Of a stretch of DNA of 64,000 bases, positions 1-8,387 are shown in pieces (positions within the stretch are counted from its first letter, which is position 1; every line of letters starts with the position of its first letter). The notes below the pieces were generated by a model that was given only the letters and a program-made list of their open reading frames with translations, had not been told where the DNA came from and did not search any database. The translations under genes were made by a program, and so were the position numbers. This DNA is from a virus: the IMG/VR virus record IMGVR_UViG_3300029121_000001; one strand, 5' to 3'.

Positions 1-233
1 TCGTTACAGGCTTCAATAATATTAATATTATTGATTCCCACGGTATTACCAAGCTATCCATCTGTTCTAATGGACCTTAGGCTTTCTTAGAGAGCTGCTT
101 CGTCTATGGATATAAGTGTATATCTTCTCTCGACTTCATACACTAGTCTTATTCAGCTCTTACCGTTAGCTAATGATTAAAATCATCAACCCGTGTGACG
201 AACACGAAAAGCATTTTTGGACGCTGTTAGTTC
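1..233 (-). ncRNA. group I intron, 5' portion (continues past window start), inserted in the topoisomerase gene
   Basis: Homology to GyrB/TOPRIM stops right after ...IFMTD. A 4-bp P1-like pairing GGAU|..11 nt..GUCC places a U.G wobble at the proposed splice site. The downstream sequence is structured and non-coding, like the two TerL introns. Confidence 0.55.
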
Positions 234-1763
234 ATCCGTCATAAATATTACTTTCGATACCTTAAGTTTCGAGATATCGAAGTGCTTACCATACCCGGCT
301 CCAAGAATTTGTGTAATTGCCATGACTTCATTATTCGCAGCAATTTTTTGAGGACTCGCTTGAAAAACATTTAGAATCTTACCTCGAATCGGAAAAATAC
401 CTTGAGTTTCAACATTACGTGCAGATCTTGCAGATCCCAATGCAGAATCACCCTCAACAATAAAGAGTTCAATTTTATTAGGATCTTTTGTAGAAGGTTT
501 AACATACTTTGCAGGTAGACCAGTAGTAGCACTGGTAGCATACTTTGCAGTAATTTTAACCTTCTCAGTATCTGCCTTGATTCTAGCAAGAGCAATATCT
601 TTCAGAAACTTACAAACTTTCAGAAGATCTTGAGGTTTTGCTTTAGCCCATCCATCAAGGCCATTCATAATAGTCTCTTTAGCAAAAGGCTTAAAGTCTT
701 GATTAGATAGAACTTCTTTAGCTTGACCAGTAAATTGAGGCTCCAAATGCCAAGCAGAAATCATAATCTTAAGACCCATCTTAACATCATTGGGAACAAC
801 TTTAATCTTATTCTTTTCTCGTTCTGTTAGATAAATCTTATTAATATAATTTCCAAACCAAGTAGCAATTCCATCGAGTGTACCAGTAACATGAGTATTC
901 AATGCACTACTGCTAGTAGGACACATGTTAGCATATGCAGTTACATCCTCACCACCAAGGTCTTGCTGATCAAATGTAAATGCACATTCAAGCTTCATAT
1001 GGCCATTATCATTTTTAATGATAATAGGAGAAACCAACATACTAGCACACTTACCAAGAATATTAGTGGCAATACCATCTTCATTAACCATCTTCTCATG
1101 ATAAGTTTTACCACGCTTATTGATAGAAGTATAGTCAATCGTAGCTCCGATAGGCAATAGAGATAGAGTATCTCTTACCAAAGTATATACCATTGCAGGT
1201 TCTAGAGGTGTTTCACCCATGATACTATGATCAGGAGTAAACTCAGTTCTAGTGCCTTGAAGCTTCTCAGGATTCTTAATAATTTCTTCCTTCTTCAATA
1301 CACCTTTCTTAAACAAAACATGTTTACATGTTCCATCGTATCTATAAGAACATACATCGAAGTATTCAGAAACAGCATTAACTGCTTTTGCACCAATACC
1401 ATTTAAGCCAGCAGAGTAATCTCCTTCCTTCTTTTCTGTAAGATTTTTACCAGTATGACCTTCAGTAAATACAGATATCAATTTTGCGAAAGGCACTCCA
1501 AGGCCATTATCCATAACTACAAATTTGTAATCTCTTTCATCAAAAAGTACGGAAATGAAATTACAAGGTGATTTATCATATAGAAGCTGATCGACTGAAT
1601 TCTGAAAGATCTCACGAAACATTGTCAATAGGCCTATTTCATTTTTACAGCCGAGGTACATGCCGCTTCTTGCTCTCACAGCATTAATGGTACCTTCGAT
1701 ATGTGTAATATCCTTGTCATAGGTATCGACATTCTTCATTTGCTCAGCAGTAAGTTTTGCCAT
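234..1763 (-). CDS. type IIA DNA topoisomerase ATPase+TOPRIM subunit (GyrB/ParE/T4 gp39-like), upstream exon
   Basis: GHKL motifs EIFQNSVDQ, DNGLGVP, GLNGIGAKAVNA. Transducer QAKEVL. TOPRIM ELFIVEGDSALGSA and PIRGKILNV. ORF 186..1763 loses homology after IFMTD, where DxDxDG is expected. SD GAGAGGAG. Confidence 0.9.
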
Positions 1764-2036
1764 TAATTATTATCTCCTCTCGTTTCTTTTGCAATAATAT
1801 TCATCATTTTATTATATTCTTCATATGTCAATATTAGCCTTGGAATATGAATAGGAATATATATAGACTTTTCCATAAATTGCATCCTCACTTTCTTTTC
1901 CCTATTTATGTGTACTTGTTCATTATAATTTTAATTTTTCTTTATATGAAAATAATCCATTCTATGAAATCCAAAACTGGATTATTGTGGTGTTCTAATT
2001 TATATTATTTATCAATATTAAAAATAATAAATATTA

Positions 2037-2060
2037 GGGTGGAGGATCACTCCTCCACCC
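2037..2060 (-). terminator. rho-independent terminator
   Basis: Hairpin GGGTGGAGGA-tcac-TCCTCCACCC. A U-rich run follows on the minus strand, just downstream of the 2109 stop. Confidence 0.7.
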
Positions 2061-2108
2061 CAACATTTATTGACGACGATTGTTGCTAGGAAATTTTAAC
2101 TTATTGAA

Positions 2109-3044
2109 TTACTTGGTGAATGCAGGAACCTGAACAGGAGCATTATCATTAGAAGCTGCAGGCTGTGCAGGAGCAGCGGGAGCTGCAGGTGCCTGAGGAG
2201 CAGGCTGTGCATTCTGAGGCTGGATAGGCATATTGCTGTTAACAACAGGCTGTGCAGCGCCACGAGGATCCATAACAAAGCCGCTGTAGTTAGGCTGATA
2301 GCCATTCTGAACAACCTGAGTCTGTGCAGGCTGACCATACAGAGGATTACCATAGACCATACCATTCTGCTGGACAGGCTGATTGGGTACACTGTACTGA
2401 GGATTAGCCTGAGGGTTATATCCAACAGGTGCGCCCATCGGCTGCTGACCATACTGAGGATAACCACCCATCGGAACACCATAACCATAACCAGGAATAG
2501 GAGTACCAGTCAGGCTAGCATACATCATATACGGATTATTAGCACCCATCTGGTTATTCATAATACCGTTGTTGGTATTATAATAACGGTTCAGATCAGT
2601 GCAAGCAAGTTCGTACATCTTAGGTACCTTTTCAATGAAAGGATACATCTGGAAGTAGGTACGAGCTGCTTCTGCAGGCAGAGAACGATACTGAATCTTG
2701 ATCAGGTTGATCAGATCAAGGAAACGATCGGTGATCATCTTAGCATCTTCATTGGACATGGGGGTAGGATCAAACGTAGTATGGCAGCGCTGGCAAGTCC
2801 AAGTGCCATCAGGATTCTGAGTGACAGCAGGATCACCATTCTTCCAATAGTGATTGCAGATACCACGTGCAATCTCAGCTTTTGAAACTGCGAGATTAAA
2901 CTGGCTATCACCCTTCTGCATCAGGCTATCCATATCAGGAGTCAGCCAATCCTCAGTACGAGGGATTGCGTTCTGAGGCTGCATGGTCTGACCCATACCA
3001 TTCATTGCCATGCCATTCGGATACATACCATTCATGTTAGTCAT
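2109..3044 (-). CDS. hypothetical protein with Q/P/G/Y/M/N-rich low-complexity N- and C-terminal regions
   Basis: 311-aa ORF, SD AAAGGAG. Locally high GC and C/G-ending codons. Central ordered domain with CxxC (CQRCH). Confidence 0.85.
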   Translation of the reverse strand: MTNMNGMYPNGMAMNGMGQTMQPQNAIPRTEDWLTPDMDSLMQKGDSQFNLAVSKAEIARGICNHYWKNGDPAVTQNPDGTWTCQRCHTTFDPTPMSNEDAKMITDRFLDLINLIKIQYRSLPAEAARTYFQMYPFIEKVPKMYELACTDLNRYYNTNNGIMNNQMGANNPYMMYASLTGTPIPGYGYGVPMGGYPQYGQQPMGAPVGYNPQANPQYSVPNQPVQQNGMVYGNPLYGQPAQTQVVQNGYQPNYSGFVMDPRGAAQPVVNSNMPIQPQNAQPAPQAPAAPAAPAQPAASNDNAPVQVPAFTK

Positions 3045-3063
3045 TGTTAGTTACTCCTTTGTT

Positions 3064-3093
3064 TTCTTAAATTTTTGCGCAAAAATTGAAGAA
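3064..3093. repeat. 30-bp near-perfect palindrome (perfect core AATTTTTGCGCAAAAATT, 3070-3087)
   Basis: Read directly from the sequence. Ends about 6 nt upstream of the SD of the 2109..3044 gene. Confidence 0.8.
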
Positions 3094-3225
3094 CGACAAA
3101 CATAAGCATGTGAGATTCTACTTATGTTCATTATTATAATATATGCCTAATTGCGATTTTAGCAATCGAAAATTAGGTATAACTATAACCAGTATTTTAG
3201 TGTTGTAGTGGGTGTAGTTTTATAC

Positions 3226-3732
3226 TTATTCTTTCATGATAGCATCCTTGACATTGTTAGGAACGCCCTTAATATCAGTAGACAGAATAGATCCTCTAAA
3301 CTGTCCATACATGGTACCAGGTGCAGTGTTTTCATTATCGAGATATCCTCTAGCAGATGCAGCATTATAGATGCTATCACTAGTGATCTCAGCAATAATA
3401 TCATCCTTAGATTTACTAGTTCCAACAGGAGTGAAATCAGCAAGCTGTGTTTTTGCATCACCAGGTTTAGCTGTGATGAAAGATCTAATATAAGCAATAT
3501 TATCAAAACTACAATATGTGACTTTAAAAGGTGCCTGAGACTGATGGGTATTCATAACATCATATGATCCATCAGGAGTATTCTTCTTAACCTCAATAAC
3601 ACCATCGCCTTTTAGAAAAAGCCAATGCCCTTCGATATTACCACGCATACAAGCAGCAGAATCTCCAAGGTCAATTTCAAAAGGACGATCCTTATACTTT
3701 TCAAATAGATACAAGACATCTTCACGAGTCAT
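3226..3732 (-). CDS. hypothetical protein
   Basis: 168-aa ORF, SD AAGGAGAA. Confidence 0.8.
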   Translation of the reverse strand: MTREDVLYLFEKYKDRPFEIDLGDSAACMRGNIEGHWLFLKGDGVIEVKKNTPDGSYDVMNTHQSQAPFKVTYCSFDNIAYIRSFITAKPGDAKTQLADFTPVGTSKSKDDIIAEITSDSIYNAASARGYLDNENTAPGTMYGQFRGSILSTDIKGVPNNVKDAIMKE

Positions 3733-3753
3733 TATAGTATTCTCCTTTACATT

Positions 3754-4668
3754 TTATTTTTTATAGAGCTTTCTATAATTGTTAAGATCATTAGTAAGAT
3801 TGATAAGCAGCAATGCATTACCAGTATTCTTAACAGCTTTGAACTTGTTATAGAGAATAGAGTAGATTGCAATATCTCTTTCGCACATGCTCATGGATCT
3901 TACAATATTTCTGATCATATTATCAGTAGTGCTAAGAAGGATAAATCTTTCATTATCGGACGTAGCAAACTGCATACGATTCAGATAATCACTATAGAAA
4001 TAATTCTGAGTATAGAGATTTGCACTATTAAGATTAATCTTATTAGCACAGAAATCGATAAGAGTATCGATAACAACATGGTTGATGATATATTTGCCAT
4101 ACTTAGAATAATCAACTTTACCGGCAATCATTTCATCAATGATGCGATCAGCATTTCTACTAACCTCATCAATACTCATTTTATTGCCATTCAGAAAATC
4201 TTCACCACGCTGATCAATCATACGAGAAAACCAGTTATTTACTTTTCGAGTAGGTAAAAAGCTTTCTGCAGGATTATTAATAAGTGAAGATTGTACAGGA
4301 ATAGGATCCATCTTAGGTTCTACTTTAACAGTAGTAGGATCTTCAACAGGACAAACACCAAACTTTTCAGAGATATCATTTACAACACCAGAGCAACCAA
4401 TGAGATTAGAGAAATCAGGATTAATAACTTCCTGATTTGCACTAATTTCATCTTTAGGCTGATCCGGAAGAATTGCCTTATCAAAATTAAGTGTTTCAGA
4501 AGGACCAGTTGTGTTAGGATCATCAACAGGAGTAATCTTCATCATGCCTTCAGGAATATCGATATTTACTTCGATAGGCTTAGGTGTTGTACCATTGACG
4601 ATATTCTGATAGACTGCATAGTTGGGTCCAAAATATCCATAACCATTGTATCCATTGTTATAAAACAT
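3754..4668 (-). CDS. hypothetical protein (Y/G/N-rich N-terminus)
   Basis: 304-aa ORF, SD AAAGGAG. N-terminus MFYNNGYNGYGYFGPNY. Confidence 0.8.
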   Translation of the reverse strand: MFYNNGYNGYGYFGPNYAVYQNIVNGTTPKPIEVNIDIPEGMMKITPVDDPNTTGPSETLNFDKAILPDQPKDEISANQEVINPDFSNLIGCSGVVNDISEKFGVCPVEDPTTVKVEPKMDPIPVQSSLINNPAESFLPTRKVNNWFSRMIDQRGEDFLNGNKMSIDEVSRNADRIIDEMIAGKVDYSKYGKYIINHVVIDTLIDFCANKINLNSANLYTQNYFYSDYLNRMQFATSDNERFILLSTTDNMIRNIVRSMSMCERDIAIYSILYNKFKAVKNTGNALLLINLTNDLNNYRKLYKK

Positions 4669-4694
4669 AATATAATCTCCTTTTCAAATTTATA

Positions 4695-5156
4695 TTATAA
4701 TATATCTTCGAGAATAGTTTTATCTCCTACTTGTTCAGATGGATCAAATTCATTGATATCAAATCCAATTCCATCATCAAGTACTTTATGATCTTCAAAC
4801 ATAACTTTCATAAATCTAAAGACAGTAATTGGTTTAGATTTAGGAATTACATTAGGTTTGAGTTGATTCTCATCTTGATCACAAGAGATAATGAAAGATA
4901 GATTAGGATCTATAGCCTCACCCATGATCATCGTTTTAAGATAATCATAAGTATTCTGTCTTCCCTTACTAATACTCCAATCTCTTGAAGTATCAATATC
5001 ATAGGTGGTAAGAAGTAAGATATAGATCTTCTCTTCAGGATCGTCATCGAGTGTGATAGCTGGAATAGCCATTGCTAAACTATCGCCAGTTTCGCTTTCG
5101 ATATCAGAAATTATTCTCTGTACATCCGGATCTGTCATTGCATCATAATGCTGCAT
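4695..5156 (-). CDS. hypothetical acidic protein
   Basis: 153-aa ORF, SD GAGGAG. Confidence 0.75.
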   Translation of the reverse strand: MQHYDAMTDPDVQRIISDIESETGDSLAMAIPAITLDDDPEEKIYILLLTTYDIDTSRDWSISKGRQNTYDYLKTMIMGEAIDPNLSFIISCDQDENQLKPNVIPKSKPITVFRFMKVMFEDHKVLDDGIGFDINEFDPSEQVGDKTILEDIL

Positions 5157-5620
5157 ATTTTAATCTCCTCATCTTTATATCCATTATTAAATTCATCTTC
5201 ATCTAGTAATGTAAATCCATTATATAAGCAAGATCTAATCACTAGAGAATTCAAAGCTTCTGCTTTCTTATTCTTTGGTGCATCGATACCAATTTCAACA
5301 CCAATCATAGGAAGTCTATCAATTAATTTATATCCTCTGATATCATTATATCTTACATTCATCATACGATTACCAAAGATAAATTTTACAAACTTCTTAT
5401 CATTCTTTTTAGATTGGTAAGCATACATCAAAACTCCAGAAATATTAGAACTCAATCTGTAGCTTCTATAACCAGATTTGTATTGAAGATTCATCCATAA
5501 TCCACCCATAGAATCTCTACAAAGATTACTGATCAATTCAGGATGGAGAACATTTCTTACGTTCTCCAAAGAAGGAATTGCAGTATATCCAAAAGGATTA
5601 AAAGTGTACATATCGTCCAT
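5135..5620 (-). CDS. hypothetical protein
   Basis: 161-aa ORF, SD AAGGAG. Overlaps the next gene by 22 nt. Confidence 0.75.
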   Translation of the reverse strand: MDDMYTFNPFGYTAIPSLENVRNVLHPELISNLCRDSMGGLWMNLQYKSGYRSYRLSSNISGVLMYAYQSKKNDKKFVKFIFGNRMMNVRYNDIRGYKLIDRLPMIGVEIGIDAPKNKKAEALNSLVIRSCLYNGFTLLDEDEFNNGYKDEEIKICSIMMQ

Positions 5621-5632
5621 CTTAATATCTCC

Positions 5633-6841
5633 TTAGAATCCAGCTGACCAAAATTTAGGTCTATTAATTACATAAAACATTTGTTGCTTGAATCGAGTAA
5701 TCGCTGTATAATTCAAAGCTCTGGTGATATTTGGCATATATTCTTCAATATAAGTACCACATTGGTATTCAGAGCCTTGTGCCAAATGAACTGTAGATGC
5801 ATATGCATATTCAAATCTCTCGCCTTCAAGAAATTGATCATCATCCATCTTTTTACGCTGTTTATAATCAGCATTGATATATTCATAATTTATATCAACA
5901 TTTTCAAATGGATAAGGAATTAAATCTGGTAAGAAATTGATACTTAATGTTTTGCCATTATAATTACCAGGATCAGGTTGCCTAATGACAGTTCCAGTTA
6001 GTCCATTTACTAGAGGTATATTTTCAACAACTTTATCCCAATTATTATGTCTACAAATTACCCGTTCTCCTACTGTAGGAAATCTTACTACTTTATGTAA
6101 GATTTCCTTTCTTACAATATTATTTAGATCATCTTTTGTTTTATTTCTTGCACATAAAACAATATGAGATCTAGATAAAATGTCATTATTTAATTCATCT
6201 CTGAATATAACGAATGCAGAATTACCATACATTCCAGGAATAATAGGTTCTCCATTTCTTGCTCTACTAGCAAGATAAACAATTGGAGAATCTTCTGCTT
6301 GTCTCATTAATTCTGTAAGATGATAAATAATTCCATCTTGTAAGAATGCTGGATTGCCATCAATAGGTGGTAGCTGTCCAGGATCGCCAGCAGCAAGTAC
6401 TTTAATATGAATATTATCCAACAGGTTTTTAACCCATCTAGGTGCCATCCAAGCTTCATCAAGAACAATTAATTTAATTCTAGTATCTTTAAAACTCTTA
6501 GGCTTAAAATTCCATTTAGTCTTAACAGTATTAAATTTCTTATCATAAATTAATCGTCCATTATTATCTCTCAGAGGAACTTTTTCTGGATCCATTAATC
6601 CTGCATGACAAGTACATGCATTAGCAAATCCTTTTGTTCTCATAATAGTACAAGCTTGACCAGTATATGCTATAGGAAGAATCTCTTCAGTTCTTAATCC
6701 AAGCCTTCTGATAATCTCTGCTATAACTACACTTTTACCAGTTCCAGCATATCCAGCAATAGAAAAATATTGCTCAGATGAATACTTAAACCAATATACT
6801 GCTTTAGTAGCAGCTTCTTCTTGTCCTTTATTTAAGATCAT
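5633..6841 (-). CDS. SF1 DNA helicase, Dda/RecD-like
   Basis: Walker A GYAGTGKS, Walker B VLDEAWM, AAGDPGQLPPI, STVHLAQGSEY. SD GAGGGA, ATGA overlap with the upstream gene. Confidence 0.85.
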   Translation of the reverse strand: MILNKGQEEAATKAVYWFKYSSEQYFSIAGYAGTGKSVVIAEIIRRLGLRTEEILPIAYTGQACTIMRTKGFANACTCHAGLMDPEKVPLRDNNGRLIYDKKFNTVKTKWNFKPKSFKDTRIKLIVLDEAWMAPRWVKNLLDNIHIKVLAAGDPGQLPPIDGNPAFLQDGIIYHLTELMRQAEDSPIVYLASRARNGEPIIPGMYGNSAFVIFRDELNNDILSRSHIVLCARNKTKDDLNNIVRKEILHKVVRFPTVGERVICRHNNWDKVVENIPLVNGLTGTVIRQPDPGNYNGKTLSINFLPDLIPYPFENVDINYEYINADYKQRKKMDDDQFLEGERFEYAYASTVHLAQGSEYQCGTYIEEYMPNITRALNYTAITRFKQQMFYVINRPKFWSAGF

Positions 6842-7335
6842 TCATTATTTCCCTCTTCATCTTGATCGATATCATATTTAGTAAGATCGATATCATCAAA
6901 GGTACCATTGATCAAGAAAATAGATTCTAGATAGCAAAGAATCTTATTCTTAAACCAATTGCCTACCCATTTATCTCCATTACTAAATTTAATCTCTAAA
7001 CGATACAGATGGTTATCGTCATCTTTATCAAAGAAATATGTCAAAACTTCAGGAATGTTTTGCATATCTTCAGAACTATTATCATCAAGAAACTTACCAA
7101 ACAATCTCTCAATGATTTTAGTACATTTAGGATCTAACGGATCAAGTTTTACATCATATTCAGATACATAAAGAGATTTGTTTACATCGTTATTTGCTTT
7201 AATAATCTTTCCCTCAAAACTGATAGGACTCTTAGTATCTTGATCAACCAATACGTTCGTATTAGGTTGAAGCTCCATACCAATAGCAATTAACAACTTC
7301 TTTGTGATTTCGATGCTTTCGTTTCTATCGAACAT
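6838..7335 (-). CDS. hypothetical acidic protein
   Basis: 165-aa ORF, SD GGAGG. Confidence 0.75.
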   Translation of the reverse strand: MFDRNESIEITKKLLIAIGMELQPNTNVLVDQDTKSPISFEGKIIKANNDVNKSLYVSEYDVKLDPLDPKCTKIIERLFGKFLDDNSSEDMQNIPEVLTYFFDKDDDNHLYRLEIKFSNGDKWVGNWFKNKILCYLESIFLINGTFDDIDLTKYDIDQDEEGNNE

Positions 7336-7448
7336 AATATAGCCTCCAAAAATTTAGTATGATCAATTTTTATATTGATCATTATTATAATATCTTCTCA
7401 TGGGTGAATTTGGTATATCAAAACTCATATATAAAAGGAGTGAATATT

Positions 7449-7853
7449 ATGAATGCCAATAACATGAATCCAGATTCTTATGCTAATAGCCCAGAATTGC
7501 TATATGGACCACATTACGCTATTCTGCAAGGAACAGTTACTTTTAATAATCCTAAAGGAAAATTCAAACTTGATTATGTAAATCCTAATGGAGAATCAAA
7601 AATCAAAGGTGGAGATACAATAGAACTTACAGTTCCTAAATTCTTCTTCTATATTATGCCGCATGGAGATTATATTCCTGATGGCATTAAGACTACATTC
7701 ATTCGTACACCAGATGCTGTTGGCGGTATCATGTCATGTGATCCTAAACAGTTAGTTTATAGAAGAGAATATACAGCAGGAACTAAATTTATTGTTGTAA
7801 ATATGGGTGGTAATATTGATACTCCTAGAATTATAGGTATAGATGAGGGGTGA
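7449..7853 (+). CDS. hypothetical protein
   Basis: Start moved to the ATG at 7449, which sits behind SD AAAGGAG. The listed ORF begins at 7359 with no SD. Confidence 0.7.
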   Translation: MNANNMNPDSYANSPELLYGPHYAILQGTVTFNNPKGKFKLDYVNPNGESKIKGGDTIELTVPKFFFYIMPHGDYIPDGIKTTFIRTPDAVGGIMSCDPKQLVYRREYTAGTKFIVVNMGGNIDTPRIIGIDEG

Positions 7854-7859
7854 TATTGA

Positions 7860-8333
7860 ATGGCAGACATTGGATTTGCTGGTTCTGCAGATAAGACAAC
7901 CACTGTTCAAGAATTCATAGCTATTAGAACTACAGATGATGTAACGTATTATAATTATTCTATCGTAGAATATTTGAATGGATTTGATATGTTCATTACA
8001 AATCTTTTATATGACTACGAAGATGAACTACAAAGTGTTACTACTTATATTAAACTTAGTCCTAGAGAAAAAGCAAAATATAAGTATAAGCCTTGGCTAT
8101 TTGCTTATGATGTATATGGATCTACTGAAGCTCAATTTATCGTAATGATGTTAAATGGGATCATTGATCCAAAGGAATTTGATTTCGACAGGGTAAAAGT
8201 TATTAATCCTTCTAATCTATCTACAATATTAAATAGAATTCAAGCAGTCAATGAAGATTATTTGAATAAGAATAGAACTAAATTGAAAAATGATTTTAAA
8301 AATAATAATGGAAATGAAGTCTGGGCAGTATAA
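7860..8333 (+). CDS. hypothetical protein
   Basis: 157-aa ORF, SD GAGGGGTGA. Confidence 0.75.
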   Translation: MADIGFAGSADKTTTVQEFIAIRTTDDVTYYNYSIVEYLNGFDMFITNLLYDYEDELQSVTTYIKLSPREKAKYKYKPWLFAYDVYGSTEAQFIVMMLNGIIDPKEFDFDRVKVINPSNLSTILNRIQAVNEDYLNKNRTKLKNDFKNNNGNEVWAV

Positions 8334-8341
8334 AAAATAAA

Positions 8342-8377
8342 TTTAATGTAGTAGGATTTTGTTCCTACTACATTAAA
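8342..8377. terminator. bidirectional terminator hairpin between convergent genes
   Basis: Perfect 15-bp stem TTTAATGTAGTAGGA/TCCTACTACATTAAA, A/T runs on both sides. Confidence 0.7.
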
Positions 8378-8387
8378 TTTTGTTCAA

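Noticed and set aside
7449-7853. Possible baseplate spike or gpV-like OB-fold protein (GDTIELTV...FIVVNMGGNIDTPRIIG pattern).
   Set aside because: The resemblance is only a loose G-D-x-V ... P-x-I-x-G pattern. No neighbouring baseplate genes support it, so the gene is left as hypothetical.
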